A stretch of DNA of 64,000 nt from a virus, in the IMG/VR virus record IMGVR_UViG_3300020439_002657, positions 7,573 through 71,572 of that record; one strand, written 5' to 3'. A program made the translations under genes and the position numbers. This document shows, one piece after another, positions 1 through 9,501 of the stretch. How positions within the stretch are numbered: position 1 is the stretch's first letter; each line of letters begins with the position of its first letter. Below the pieces are notes generated by a model, which saw only the letters and a program-made list of their open reading frames with translations, was not told the origin of the DNA and made no database searches.

Positions 1-658
1 CCTCTTTGAGCTCTCGGGGAACCCGATCCGCGTGGTCATAGCCCGTTGTGTAATCGATGAAATGGGCGGCTGCATGCCGTCCGGTACCGAACCGCCATTG
101 AGCAATTGGCATCCCGCTGTATCCGGCATAGGATCCGGTATTAAAGAGAGCGGCCCGCATGGTTCCCCGGCGGTAATTGATTAGAGCATAATCTGTCAGA
201 TTAATCAGCGTTTCTCCGGTGAAAGGACTCTTCACTTCCCAGTTGTGAAGCCTTGCCAGGGGGCGGCGGCGGAGCTTCACAAAGAAGTTCTTATCATGCT
301 GGTTGCCGTCGAACATATAGAAATCGTCCCACTCGGCATAGGGCTCGATCTCCCGATGGTTGCTGTTGCGGACCGGCCTGGATCTCCAGAGTCGTGGGTA
401 GATATCGAACTGGAGTCTTTCCTGGAGAACCCGGACATTATGATCCAGCCAGTTCTTCAGCTGGTAGTTGGTGAGCTGTTCCCCGTTTACAGTTACGAGC
501 AGGCTGTTCCCAACGAAAATAACTCTGCGAAGTTCGTCGGGATGCAGGAGGCAGCCCCAGCGGGCAGGGGGATCCTCTCCCGGTGACAGGCGCATTCCGA
601 GGTCTCGGTACTCATAGTCCTGGGACTGATCGTTGAACTCTCCCTGCCAGTTAGCCAT
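1..658 (-). CDS. Head-tail adaptor/neck protein (3' truncated by window edge; not in ORF track)
   Basis: Hand-translated from ATG 658: MANWQGEFNDQSQDYEY...FFVKLRRRPL...FIDYTTGYDHADRVPRELKE, open to base 1. Y-T-x-G-Y...VP-x-E-L is typical of phage head-tail connectors; preceded by the late-promoter motif. Confidence 0.65.
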   Translation of the reverse strand, partial: MANWQGEFNDQSQDYEYRDLGMRLSPGEDPPARWGCLLHPDELRRVIFVGNSLLVTVNGEQLTNYQLKNWLDHNVRVLQERLQFDIYPRLWRSRPVRNSNHREIEPYAEWDDFYMFDGNQHDKNFFVKLRRRPLARLHNWEVKSPFTGETLINLTDYALINYRRGTMRAALFNTGSYAGYSGMPIAQWRFGTGRHAAAHFIDYTTGYDHADRVPRELKE

Positions 659-694
659 GTATCAGGACTTAATTGACATCTTGCTATCGGCCCA
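659..694 (-). promoter_or_regulatory. Putative phage late promoter (CC-GAT motif)
   Basis: TGGGCC gatagcaagatgtcaat TAAGTC ctgatac ATG; 30 nt from CC to ATG. Confidence 0.6.
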
Positions 695-731
695 TAGGCT
701 TCAGTCCAAATTTTTGGAGGTGAATAGATCA

Positions 732-1142
732 ATGAAACAGATGATTCTGGTTTTAGTTTTCATGTCCCCGATCCTGTCCGTAACAGGGGAGCCTTCATTG
801 ATAACGGCGAAGGAGTTCGAGGTCTTCGCGGCCCAAAGGGCCGGGGAAAAGGTATGTATGAAAGGCCAGTTTTCTAAGGTATTTCAAGCCCATGTAAGAC
901 TCTATGATATTGAGGATAAGATGATAGGCTTTACCATGGACGATTCAAAGGGAGAATACTTCCAATATGCTATGGCCAAGAAATCGAAGCTTGCCAGCGA
1001 GCTGCTATCTCTGAAAGAAGATACACCGATTCGCGCATGCGGCCACATTAAGATGGTTCCTGTCCCGATCGCCGGGAGTACGGATGCAGATCCTTTTTTT
1101 ATGGTCCATGAGGTTGCCGTGCTTTCCGAACCTTCTGAATGA
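732..1142 (+). CDS. Exported hypothetical protein (signal peptide, possible OB-fold), moron-like
   Basis: ATG 732 with GGAGGT SD; hydrophobic N-terminus MKQMILVLVFMSPILSV; TTGACA(673)-16-TAGGCT(695) upstream. Confidence 0.65.
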   Translation: MKQMILVLVFMSPILSVTGEPSLITAKEFEVFAAQRAGEKVCMKGQFSKVFQAHVRLYDIEDKMIGFTMDDSKGEYFQYAMAKKSKLASELLSLKEDTPIRACGHIKMVPVPIAGSTDADPFFMVHEVAVLSEPSE

Positions 1143-1155
1143 CCCATTTCCGGCT

Positions 1156-1437
1156 TCAGCCCAGATAGAATCCAACAATTCTATCTACACCAGTTGTGTC
1201 GGTAAAATGCGCGGCGGTGACCGGGTGGTGAAACTCCCGATTTCCGCTACCGGAACGAGTTCCACTTTTCCCGCTGATGCAGTCATAAGTAAGTGTCCAC
1301 CCGGCCCCCGCTTCGATAGCGGTGACAATGAATACTTTCTTTGAATCCTGAAACAGGGTATCCCCCGGGGGCAGGGAGAAGTGGTTCTCCAATGATTTCC
1401 GCTCAATGTCTGCGATATTGGGTAGGGTCTTGCGCAT
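1156..1437 (-). CDS. Small hypothetical (probably virion) protein
   Basis: Start moved to ATG 1437 (MRKTLPNIADIERKS...), which lies 29 nt after a late-promoter motif. Confidence 0.6.
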   Translation of the reverse strand: MRKTLPNIADIERKSLENHFSLPPGDTLFQDSKKVFIVTAIEAGAGWTLTYDCISGKSGTRSGSGNREFHHPVTAAHFTDTTGVDRIVGFYLG

Positions 1438-1472
1438 GACCGGACCATAGCAGTCCAAGGGCAATCGGTCAG
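1438..1472 (-). promoter_or_regulatory. Putative phage late promoter
   Basis: CTGACC gattgcccttggactgc TATGGT ccggtc ATG. Confidence 0.7.
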
Positions 1473-1473
1473 A

Positions 1474-1522
1474 TTTTTCAGATATTTTTCCCCGGAAAAA
1501 ACCTGGAAAAACCCGGTAAAAA
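1474..1522. repeat. Phased A/T tracts (11-bp period)
   Basis: T5 at 1474 and 1485; A5-6 at 1496, 1507, 1518; units cccggaaaaaa/cctggaaaaa/cccggtaaaaa. Confidence 0.7.
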
Positions 1523-1534
1523 CCCCCCCGTTGC

Positions 1535-1570
1535 TTCTCCGATGCCCTGCATTCTGCTACTGTTCGAGCC
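1535..1570 (+). promoter_or_regulatory. Putative phage late promoter (portal)
   Basis: TTCTCC gatgccctgcattctgc TACTGT tcgagcc ATG. Confidence 0.65.
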
Positions 1571-3202
1571 ATGGCAAACGGAAAGCCCGGTCGACCCAGA
1601 GGCCCGAACTACGAAAAGAACCTCCAGAAGAGACTCCGGGCTGCCCGGAATCGACAGTCGCAGGCACAGCGCGCCCGGGAGGATATCCGGGAATTCAAGG
1701 ACTCCAGGATGTACGCGCTGGCGAAGTCCATGTTCCACGGCGTTCAAGCGAGAGAACAGGAAGAGAAAAAGCCGGTCTTTACATCCGAAGAGCAAAGCCT
1801 GATCAACCAGGGAATCCGGCTCCGCAATCCTGACCGCCCCTCTTTCAATGACCTCCGGAAACTATCCTATTCCAATACTCTGGTCGGTGCCATCCACAAA
1901 GTCAGAATCGATGATCTTGGTCAATTTGGTCGGCCGTTCCGAGAGAAGGAGGGGTTCGATTTCGATCTGGAAGATCCGGACAAATCCCCGGGGGATGGGG
2001 ACAAGGAGCTAATCCGGGATGCCAGGAAATTCTTTGAGTTCATGGGCGACAAGGTGGAGGGCTGGCAGAACCGGGATCGTTTCCATGCAGTATTCCAATT
2101 CATGATCCGGGATACTTTAGCCATCGACAGTGTGGCTTTCTATCTGGTCCGGAATCGGAGGGGTCAGGTTGTCGAAGTCAAGTATCTGGATCCCGCAACT
2201 ATCTACCCCACAATTGAGTCCGGATACAAGAATGACCCACGGATCCGCTGGGTGCAGATCGTGAATAGTACAGTGGTCGAAACCTTTACAGATGAAGAGA
2301 TCATTGTGCGCCACCAGAATGAGTTGAGCGATGTTCGGTACCGAAACTCGGGGCTCTCTCCTGCAGAGGTTTCCGTGATGGAAATCATCGCCACAATGAA
2401 TGCCCTGAAGTTTAATCGGGATCGGTTCTCCAATAATCCGCCTCCAGGGTTTCTCTACCTTCCTGGGAATATGCCTCAGGAAGTCTTGGATGATCTCCAG
2501 GTGCAATGGGAGAACATGTTCTCGGGGAACAATAACAATCACCGGATCCCCTTGATTACGTCCGAGGCCCAGGATCTCAAGTTCACCAACCTCAATACAC
2601 TGAGCGACATGGCATTCGAAAAGCTGATGCAATGGGTCACGACCTTTACCCTGGCCGCCCATGGAATGGACCAAGCGGAGCTCGGCCTGCGTTTGATGGG
2701 TAGCCAGGGACTGTCTGAAGGATCTATGGATGGGCGGATAGATGCCGCAATGACCAGGGCAAAGAAGTCGATGCTATCCTATTTTGCAGACGTATGCAAC
2801 GATATAAAGGAGACTGTGGACAGGTACGAACCACTGGTTTTCGTCTTCAATGGAGTTGAGAAGGAGGATGAAGATAAGCGCCTGGAGAGGGACGAGAAGC
2901 TGGTTAAGTCCATTGAGCTCATGGATGAAGTGCGGAGCCGAAGGGATATGCCGACTGTGGGAGAGGCACTCCGGAAAATCTATGACCTTTCCGATGAAGA
3001 CTTCGAGCAGGTGAAGTACGCCGGGGCCTTCGTATTGGATACAAACTGGAGTCAATCTGGAGCTCAGCTTGTGCAGAATCTTGCCGGTGGTGGCGAGGGG
3101 GATATGGGGATGCCTCCAGAAGCCCCGGAGCAACAGGAATTCGATTTCGAAGACTACGATCCTTCCCAGGAAGACAATCCCCCGGAAGGGGACTGGGGCT
3201 GA
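1571..3202 (+). CDS. Portal protein
   Basis: 543 aa; RDTL..DSVAFYLVRNRRGQVVEVKYLDPATI, GLSPAE, PPGFL, DMAFEKLMQW...AAHGMDQAELG pattern of HK97/SPO1-type portals; acidic C-tail. Confidence 0.9.
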   Translation: MANGKPGRPRGPNYEKNLQKRLRAARNRQSQAQRAREDIREFKDSRMYALAKSMFHGVQAREQEEKKPVFTSEEQSLINQGIRLRNPDRPSFNDLRKLSYSNTLVGAIHKVRIDDLGQFGRPFREKEGFDFDLEDPDKSPGDGDKELIRDARKFFEFMGDKVEGWQNRDRFHAVFQFMIRDTLAIDSVAFYLVRNRRGQVVEVKYLDPATIYPTIESGYKNDPRIRWVQIVNSTVVETFTDEEIIVRHQNELSDVRYRNSGLSPAEVSVMEIIATMNALKFNRDRFSNNPPPGFLYLPGNMPQEVLDDLQVQWENMFSGNNNNHRIPLITSEAQDLKFTNLNTLSDMAFEKLMQWVTTFTLAAHGMDQAELGLRLMGSQGLSEGSMDGRIDAAMTRAKKSMLSYFADVCNDIKETVDRYEPLVFVFNGVEKEDEDKRLERDEKLVKSIELMDEVRSRRDMPTVGEALRKIYDLSDEDFEQVKYAGAFVLDTNWSQSGAQLVQNLAGGGEGDMGMPPEAPEQQEFDFEDYDPSQEDNPPEGDWG

Positions 3203-3208
3203 AGCACC

Positions 3209-3934
3209 TTACCAGGGCCATCCGGATTCCGGGTCGTAGTTCTTCACGCCTTCCGGTCCCAGCGAGTTGACTTCATCTCGCTTTGTCCATTTCACACTGT
3301 ATAGAGTCTGTCCGGCCTGAAAGGTATCGAGGTCGACTGCATCCCGGATTGCCTCGAGGTAGGCTACGCCCGGCACCGGGTGCGGGTTGTTGCTACTATC
3401 CAACCACGCGGAAACCGGGTGGGTGGAGTACAATGAGATGGCCCTTTCAAGGTTTCGAAGGTATTTCTCTCCGGAATCCCAGTCTATCGAGTGGACGGTG
3501 ACCGTGGAGCGGTAAGTGAATTCCTTGAATTGCCGAATAGCTTCAAGCTTCGAGATCAAGTTGGACTTTGCTTCCGCCAGTTTGTTGGAGTCGACGGTCC
3601 ACCTGGATTCTTCTTCGATCCATGGGCCTGTTTCGAATTCCCCGGGGACCACGCTGGTCATTGTAGAATCCGGGCTCTGTCCCAGTTCCAGTTCTATTTT
3701 TGCGCCCGTTGATTGATTGTAATAATCCAGATCTCTGAAATCAGGGACAGCCAGAACGGATCCACTCTGAAGAATTAAGGTTTCGTTTGGGCCGCTTTCC
3801 GGTATTGATAGGCCGGATTCCAGGACGCTATGCGGTGGAAGAAGAAACTCACCCGGATTCTTTTGATCCGGTATTGCCGTTTCATAACGAAGGAACTCTC
3901 CTGTGTCGGGGTCGAAAACCAGTGCTCTATTCAT
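3209..3934 (-). CDS. Tail fibre assembly protein (Tfa/DUF4376-like)
   Basis: FDPDTGEFL...PGEFLLPPHS...VPDFR N-terminus, WLDSSNNPH and GW-ending C-terminus; follows fibre gene. Confidence 0.7.
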   Translation of the reverse strand: MNRALVFDPDTGEFLRYETAIPDQKNPGEFLLPPHSVLESGLSIPESGPNETLILQSGSVLAVPDFRDLDYYNQSTGAKIELELGQSPDSTMTSVVPGEFETGPWIEEESRWTVDSNKLAEAKSNLISKLEAIRQFKEFTYRSTVTVHSIDWDSGEKYLRNLERAISLYSTHPVSAWLDSSNNPHPVPGVAYLEAIRDAVDLDTFQAGQTLYSVKWTKRDEVNSLGPEGVKNYDPESGWPW

Positions 3935-4772
3935 AACGAATCCCCCAGTGGATCGCGACCGTGACTCCACGGTTCTCGTCGGTGGACCGCGGATCGCCTG
4001 AACTGTTGCTCGCAGGCCCGGCAGTGTAGGTCTGTGTTACTGCCTCATTTGGGTGGCCGGTGCCTGAATAATAGATCCAGAAAGTGGAGTTCCCATAGTA
4101 AACGTATCCACTCACATAGTGCCTGTGGTCTTTCAGGCCATCGAGGAGTACGTCGAGCAGATTGCCTCCATCGTAGTAGTTGCCGTTTGCCTTTTGAAAA
4201 GCGGAGGAAGTACCCGCTCCACGGACTCCGATACCTTTCCAGTCGGGCAACTCGAATGTGGTGCTGTCATCGCCGGGTCCGAACTTCTGTTTGTCGGTTC
4301 CCGTATCATCATATAATTCCGGATGATTCTGGACCCAGGCCCATAGGTCTGCATAGGAAGTCCGGGATAGGCTGGCCCGGTTGAAGTAGACCACTCCCTG
4401 TGGCGGCGTCGATGTAATGAATATTCCAATTTCCCCGACACGGCTGTTGGTGGCTGCCGCCGGGAGCTGCGCTGATGGAACGGTCCCGGAGCTGTCCAGG
4501 GAAGCATACCCATTGGCAGTGCCTTTCTCTGAAATGTCCTGCTTGGCAGCCAGGGAAGTGGCCAGCGCATTCTGGGCACGGGCATCCGTGAAATAGCGAT
4601 TGGTGGATCCTTCCGCCAGGGCATCCGTCGTTTTTCCGGAAAGGGAAAGCTGAGAGTCCGGGAGTTTTCCGGACGCATTCAGGGTGGCAACGCCGTTTGC
4701 CTGGCCAAAGGTAGCCCGGAGAGCATTGAACTCATCGCGTATCCGACCTGCTATTCGTTTTAGCTCATTCAT
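3927..4772 (-). CDS. Tail fibre protein with tail-collar domain
   Basis: VGEIGIF...PPQG...SLSRTSYADLW...FGPGDDSTTFELPDWKGIGVRG collar motif; HRH motif. Confidence 0.8.
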   Translation of the reverse strand: MNELKRIAGRIRDEFNALRATFGQANGVATLNASGKLPDSQLSLSGKTTDALAEGSTNRYFTDARAQNALATSLAAKQDISEKGTANGYASLDSSGTVPSAQLPAAATNSRVGEIGIFITSTPPQGVVYFNRASLSRTSYADLWAWVQNHPELYDDTGTDKQKFGPGDDSTTFELPDWKGIGVRGAGTSSAFQKANGNYYDGGNLLDVLLDGLKDHRHYVSGYVYYGNSTFWIYYSGTGHPNEAVTQTYTAGPASNSSGDPRSTDENRGVTVAIHWGIRYE

Positions 4773-4789
4773 CGTATAGCTTCACTTTC

Positions 4790-5392
4790 CTATGCCAGTT
4801 TGATGGCCGTCAGCATCATGTTGCTATTTGCAGAATTGATATAGAGCGCGTTGGTGGCGTCGGATATAGCCTGGACCGTTGTAAATGTGAAGGGCAGGGG
4901 GCCAGAACCAGTGCTATTGCTTTTTGAGAATACGGGAGTCGTGCTATTGTTTATGGACAGTTCGTGCGAGGCCCCTGCCGCAATTTCGGCGAACAGGAAG
5001 ATCAAATATGTTCCCGGCGAGGGAACGGAATACCATGTCTGATCGCTGGCCGGATCCTGGTGTACATGATCTGTTGTCTCCGCCGGGAGCTGGGCGGATG
5101 GCACTTGGCCGGATCCGTCCAGTGACGCATATCCGTTTGGCTGGCCTTTCTCCGAGGTGTCCTGTTTTGCCGATAGCGCTCCGGAAACGGCGTCAGTAGC
5201 CCGGGCGTCGGTGAAGTATAGATTGCTTCCTTCGGCAAGATCATCCGTAGATTTGCCTGCCAGAGAAAGCTGCGCATCCGGGAGATGTCCTGAGCCATCC
5301 AGGGTGGCCAGACCATTGGAACTCCCGAATAGAGCGCGGATCGAGTTGAACTCGGCGCGGAGTCGTGCTGCAATTCTCTGGAATTCCGTCAT
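4790..5392 (-). CDS. Short tail fibre/RBP paralog
   Basis: First ~105 aa paralogous to 3927..4772 (NGxATLxxSGxLPDxQL, EKGxxNGYASLDxSGxVPSAQLP); different C-terminus. Confidence 0.75.
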   Translation of the reverse strand: MTEFQRIAARLRAEFNSIRALFGSSNGLATLDGSGHLPDAQLSLAGKSTDDLAEGSNLYFTDARATDAVSGALSAKQDTSEKGQPNGYASLDGSGQVPSAQLPAETTDHVHQDPASDQTWYSVPSPGTYLIFLFAEIAAGASHELSINNSTTPVFSKSNSTGSGPLPFTFTTVQAISDATNALYINSANSNMMLTAIKLA

Positions 5393-6567
5393 CAGTTCAG
5401 TCCGTTCTCGAATTCAGTTATGAAGTCATTGGCCGTACCATAGTCGATGCGGGGCCGGAACAGGAAGACACCGTTGGAATCAATTTGGCCAAGGATTACA
5501 CTGGTTTCGGTCGCCGGTTCCGTGTCGGATATGGCGCCGGGAGTGCTCCCATCAAGGTAGGCTCGCCCGGTAAAGGAGTAGTCGCCCGGATCTCCCTGGA
5601 GCCAGCCATAGGTCAGTAGAACGAATTGGTCTGGAGTAACGATGGCCGCAACTATTCCGGCCGGAAGTGTCCGCAGGGGATCCGTGCAGTCCGCCAGTAC
5701 AAAGGCCTCCGTGACCGGGTCTTTTGCCAGGATGTCATTTTTCGAAAAGCCGTGGCCGATCATGTCCACCACCAGGAAGATTCCATTCACCCGGTATTTG
5801 TTGAAGTAGAGATTGATCGATCCTTCGGCCAGTTCGTCCGTTGTACGCGCCGCAAACCAGTTGGTTGCGTTAGTATCTGTGAAGAATAGATTGGTCGATC
5901 CTTCGGGGATATCGTCGGAGCTCCGGTTGTTCAGCCAGGTGTCGGCAATGCCGTCAGTGAAATACTTGTTTGTCGACCCTTCCTGGAGATCGTCAGTGGA
6001 CCTGGTAGCAAAGAGTTCTACTCCATCGATTCGAAACTCTTTTCCAGATTCCAGGTCGATGTTTTCCGAGAAAACCCAGGCATCTCTGGACAGCATCCAC
6101 CGGATCCATTTCTTTACGTTGCCGATTAGATCAATGCCACCGCCGTCCGCCTCTGCATCAGAGGTGGCGTTCTTGGCCAGCTCGATGTTCTTATCTTCTA
6201 CCTGGAGAGTGCTGGTATCGATCTGGGTCTGTGTGCCTTCCACAAACAGATTGCCGGGGATCGTTACGTTGCCGTCATCATCGACCGCTATACCGGTTTC
6301 TTCGATGGAAGAGCCCGCCTGGTTCGTCCGAATGAGCTTTGCCCCGGTGGCCGGGTTTACCCTGTTCGCGTATCGATTGTCTGCATAGCCCAGAGGGACC
6401 AGATCCTGGGGTAGTGCAGGGTCGGCCCCACGGAACCGCTCCAGCGCCGAATCGTCATTGGTCCGGGCCTCCAGTCCTTCCGAGGTGGAGCGGATAGCCT
6501 TCCCGCCTTTCCCGAATCGGACCAGGGAAGCAAGCCCGGAAAGTGTGAATCGACTCTCCCGAAGCAT
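5392..6567 (-). CDS. Tail fibre/structural protein with (S/T)TDDLxEGSTNLYF repeats
   Basis: GNLFVEGTQTQIDTSTLQVEDKNIELA and three TDDL.EGS.N.YF repeats typical of fibre shafts. Confidence 0.75.
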   Translation of the reverse strand: MLRESRFTLSGLASLVRFGKGGKAIRSTSEGLEARTNDDSALERFRGADPALPQDLVPLGYADNRYANRVNPATGAKLIRTNQAGSSIEETGIAVDDDGNVTIPGNLFVEGTQTQIDTSTLQVEDKNIELAKNATSDAEADGGGIDLIGNVKKWIRWMLSRDAWVFSENIDLESGKEFRIDGVELFATRSTDDLQEGSTNKYFTDGIADTWLNNRSSDDIPEGSTNLFFTDTNATNWFAARTTDELAEGSINLYFNKYRVNGIFLVVDMIGHGFSKNDILAKDPVTEAFVLADCTDPLRTLPAGIVAAIVTPDQFVLLTYGWLQGDPGDYSFTGRAYLDGSTPGAISDTEPATETSVILGQIDSNGVFLFRPRIDYGTANDFITEFENGLN

Positions 6568-6573
6568 CTACAG

Positions 6574-6960
6574 TTAGCCCATCAGTACTTTGAGTTCAAC
6601 TTTGCCGTTGGTTACAGGGGTGCCGACTTCCAGACTCGTCACATCTCCAGTCAGAACATACAGGCCTTTGCGCGCCCGATCCTGGGTGTCGCCATCCACC
6701 CGGACGTGGAAAGGCGCAAGGTCACCGGCCTGGATTCCAGCTTGCGTATCATCCTGAGTATAGGTGGCTCGGATAATCAGGTAGTTTAGCGTGGAAGGAA
6801 TGATCGGGATGTTTACCAGGTTATCCTGGTCATTGATCCAGTAGGTAAGGTGCTGCGGTTCCTGGGTCTGGGCCTCCAGCTCGATCTTCGGGAGAATAGA
6901 GCGTTCTTTCTGCGATTCGCTGCGGGCCAGAGTCTCCACAATAATGCGGTGTGTTTCCAT
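6574..6960 (-). CDS. Hypothetical virion protein
   Basis: 128 aa ORF heading the fibre operon, with late promoter. Confidence 0.65.
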   Translation of the reverse strand: METHRIIVETLARSESQKERSILPKIELEAQTQEPQHLTYWINDQDNLVNIPIIPSTLNYLIIRATYTQDDTQAGIQAGDLAPFHVRVDGDTQDRARKGLYVLTGDVTSLEVGTPVTNGKVELKVLMG

Positions 6961-6995
6961 GGCTGGAGTATCCCTGGAAGAGGGCTATCGGACAA
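6961..6995 (-). promoter_or_regulatory. Putative phage late promoter
   Basis: TTGTCC gatagccctcttccagg GATACT ccagcc ATG. Confidence 0.7.
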
Positions 6996-6998
6996 GGC

Positions 6999-7032
6999 TG
7001 GACCGAAGTTTGATCCATCAATAGGATCAGGT
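6999..7032 (+). promoter_or_regulatory. Putative phage late promoter (back-to-back with previous)
   Basis: TGGACC gaagtttgatccatcaa TAGGAT caggt ATG. Confidence 0.65.
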
Positions 7033-8763
7033 ATGCCTATCAATGTAAAACTCGACCTGGACGATAGACAGGCCAGGCAGCAGGTCGAGAAGTTCCGAAA
7101 GCAGGCCGGTCAACCCATTAAGACGGCAGTCGACGCTGGCCAGGCAGGTCCTCAATCCTATGCCGCTGTGCAACGCCGCCGCATGGAGGAGAAGCGGCAA
7201 GAGCAAAAAAAGCGGGAAGTCTATCAGAATGCACAGCAGGCCGCCCAGCAGGCACAGTCCGGCGAAGAAGAGTTCCTTAGAGGTGGGTTCTACAATGCTG
7301 CCAAAGACAAGATCGATGCGCTGAAGCGTACCCGGGACATGTTCCGCCGGGACAAAGACAAGGACAACAGGGGAGCGGAATCGGAAGGCGCGGGTGGCGG
7401 CCCCGATGCGCTGCAGAGTGCAGCGAACGCCGGAGGCGGAATGTTCGGTCGCCTGTTCGGGGAGAAAAACGCCAAGAAGAACAAGCCCATCCAACGGCTA
7501 TATGTGCAGAACGCAGTCTTTCGGAATGCCCGGGGGCTTGGCGGAAGCGGATCTGGCAGTGGCTCCGGCAGTGAGTCCGGGGGAGGAGGAAAGCCCGGGG
7601 GGACAATGTCCGGGATGGGAAAAGCGGCTCCATACATTGGCATAGCTTTTGCTGTCGCCGGGGCACTTGTGAAAGCCATATCCGCGATGGGTGAGAAGCG
7701 CTCGAATGCTCGGATGTCCCAGCAGCAGTCTCTGAAGGCCATAGGTCTGACCAATTACCAGGGTGGGCTATTTCATCATGCCGAAGCAGGTATGGCCAAT
7801 CTTGAGTTCCTGAAGCAATCCGGGATGCGGAGGGGCTACAAACTCACTCATTCCTCGTCCAGAGGTGGCGATCCTAATGCACTTAGTTTTGCTGCATCAC
7901 AAGGGCTTGGCGCATCGGAGTTTGCGAGTACTCTTGGAAAGCTTCGCTATGGTGGGATGGACATGAAGACAATGGAGTTCGTAAGGTACATGAAGGCCGC
8001 GAATGTCCAGAACCTGCGCCAGGGAGAGTATCTCCAGGAAATTGCCGGCCATACCAAGGGCATGCGCGATCAGGGATATGGCGCCATGGATAAGACCGAG
8101 ATGAAGAATTTCCTCGGCCTTGCCGCGCAGATGTCCTCCACTCAGTCGAGCAATGGAAGCACAGCAAGCAGAGGGCTGGAAATTGCCAAGGCAGTAGACA
8201 AATCGATTCGTGGCGCTGACAAGGGTGGGCCTCTCGGGTCGCTCGTGCTTTCTCAGCTCATGGCATCCGGAATGGACCCTCTGGAGGCCTATATGCAAGC
8301 TGAACAGGGCATGGGGAATGAGCAGAATCGGAAGATCGCCGAAAAATTCCGGAAAGAAATGTTTGGTGGAAACAAATTTGCTCAGGGCATTGCTTTTCGG
8401 AATTGGGGATTGACGTCCTCGGTCAATGAAGGAGCCAATATTCGATTTGACAAAGCGAGCCCTGCAGGAAGTGCAAAAATTCCCGTCAATTCGATGCGTT
8501 CCATTGAATTGCGCAATAAGACGGAAATGGCTTATGCAACCAGCCCGACCGCTGCCAAAGCGATGGAGATTTCTCATGATGCGCAGATGCAAATGCTCGA
8601 CCTTATGAAGAAAATGGAGCCCAATCTTAGGCCCATCGCGGATGGGATTCACAAAGCTGAATCCGCTCTATTCGAGTTTGTAAATGAAGCGGTCCCCGTG
8701 ATGGGTAAGCTCGTAGAAACCATAAAGGATGTAGGAGATGGTTTGGCAGACTTTCTGGGATAG
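7033..8763 (+). CDS. Putative tape measure protein
   Basis: Start at ATG 7033 (MPINVKLDLDD); Ala/Gly/Met-rich helical protein with hydrophobic segment and amphipathic C-terminus. Confidence 0.6.
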   Translation: MPINVKLDLDDRQARQQVEKFRKQAGQPIKTAVDAGQAGPQSYAAVQRRRMEEKRQEQKKREVYQNAQQAAQQAQSGEEEFLRGGFYNAAKDKIDALKRTRDMFRRDKDKDNRGAESEGAGGGPDALQSAANAGGGMFGRLFGEKNAKKNKPIQRLYVQNAVFRNARGLGGSGSGSGSGSESGGGGKPGGTMSGMGKAAPYIGIAFAVAGALVKAISAMGEKRSNARMSQQQSLKAIGLTNYQGGLFHHAEAGMANLEFLKQSGMRRGYKLTHSSSRGGDPNALSFAASQGLGASEFASTLGKLRYGGMDMKTMEFVRYMKAANVQNLRQGEYLQEIAGHTKGMRDQGYGAMDKTEMKNFLGLAAQMSSTQSSNGSTASRGLEIAKAVDKSIRGADKGGPLGSLVLSQLMASGMDPLEAYMQAEQGMGNEQNRKIAEKFRKEMFGGNKFAQGIAFRNWGLTSSVNEGANIRFDKASPAGSAKIPVNSMRSIELRNKTEMAYATSPTAAKAMEISHDAQMQMLDLMKKMEPNLRPIADGIHKAESALFEFVNEAVPVMGKLVETIKDVGDGLADFLG

Positions 8764-8820
8764 TTACCCGGCGCATGACAAAATGGTTGAAATACAAAGG
8801 ATTCCGCAGAGAATCAACTC

Positions 8821-9501
8821 ATGCGAGTTGTAGCGAATGTTGTTCTGGCACTCTGTATAACGGGATCTTCGATTCTGGCCCAGCCACCTGAAGTGGTGAC
8901 TACAGACCGGATTTGTTCGGTCCTTGTCCCGATCATGGAGGAGAAGCGCGAGCTATCCGGCAAGGGCCTCAAGTTGCGCGCAGCAGAGGTCGCGAAGCAA
9001 GCCAATAAGGCCTTCTCTGATTTACTCAGGCCGGGAATTCGAATCAAGTCAACCAGGGAAAACCCTTTCCATTATTCAGGTAGCGGCGGGTTGGTTTTGA
9101 GGTGCGATGAGGCCTTTGGCTGGTATGTTGAAGCGGAGACAAGCTATAGTACTTTCTTTCCAGATCGTTTCTCCGCATCTGAACGAACAAGTCGGGCCGT
9201 TCAGATGAAATTGGAGGAATGGGCCTCAAGGGATGACGATTCGGTCCTGCGAGCTACTATAGAAGTGTTTGAAGTGGAGCTTGATAAGATAAGAGTCATC
9301 AACACGGAAGATGCGCATAGACTGAAAGCCAAGATTTTGTCCCTTGAAAGTGTACCGTCTGACGAGGCGAGTGATACCGGAGAGAGCAAAGAAAGAAAAG
9401 GGCCTGCGACTGTTACGGATATAATTGTTCGAATCCGCGCAGATAAGTACTCCAGCCAAGAGGAAATCGCGAAGGATCTGGAAAAGATTTCTACTCCCTA
9501 A
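8821..9501 (+). CDS. Exported hypothetical protein, moron-like
   Basis: Signal-peptide-like MRVVANVVLALCITGSSILAQ; TTGAAA-16-GAGAAT immediately upstream. Confidence 0.7.
   Translation: MRVVANVVLALCITGSSILAQPPEVVTTDRICSVLVPIMEEKRELSGKGLKLRAAEVAKQANKAFSDLLRPGIRIKSTRENPFHYSGSGGLVLRCDEAFGWYVEAETSYSTFFPDRFSASERTSRAVQMKLEEWASRDDDSVLRATIEVFEVELDKIRVINTEDAHRLKAKILSLESVPSDEASDTGESKERKGPATVTDIIVRIRADKYSSQEEIAKDLEKISTP

Noticed and set aside
3927-5392. Diversity-generating retroelement or invertible fibre cassette
   Set aside because: Paralogy is in N-termini, in the same orientation and diverged at all bases; no reverse transcriptase or invertase in the window.
6850-7032. N-terminal extensions in the ORF track (also 1438-1572, 25252-25464, 45872-46024, 60552-60716)
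   Set aside because: They overlap opposite-strand genes or promoters; downstream starts fit SD or promoter spacing.
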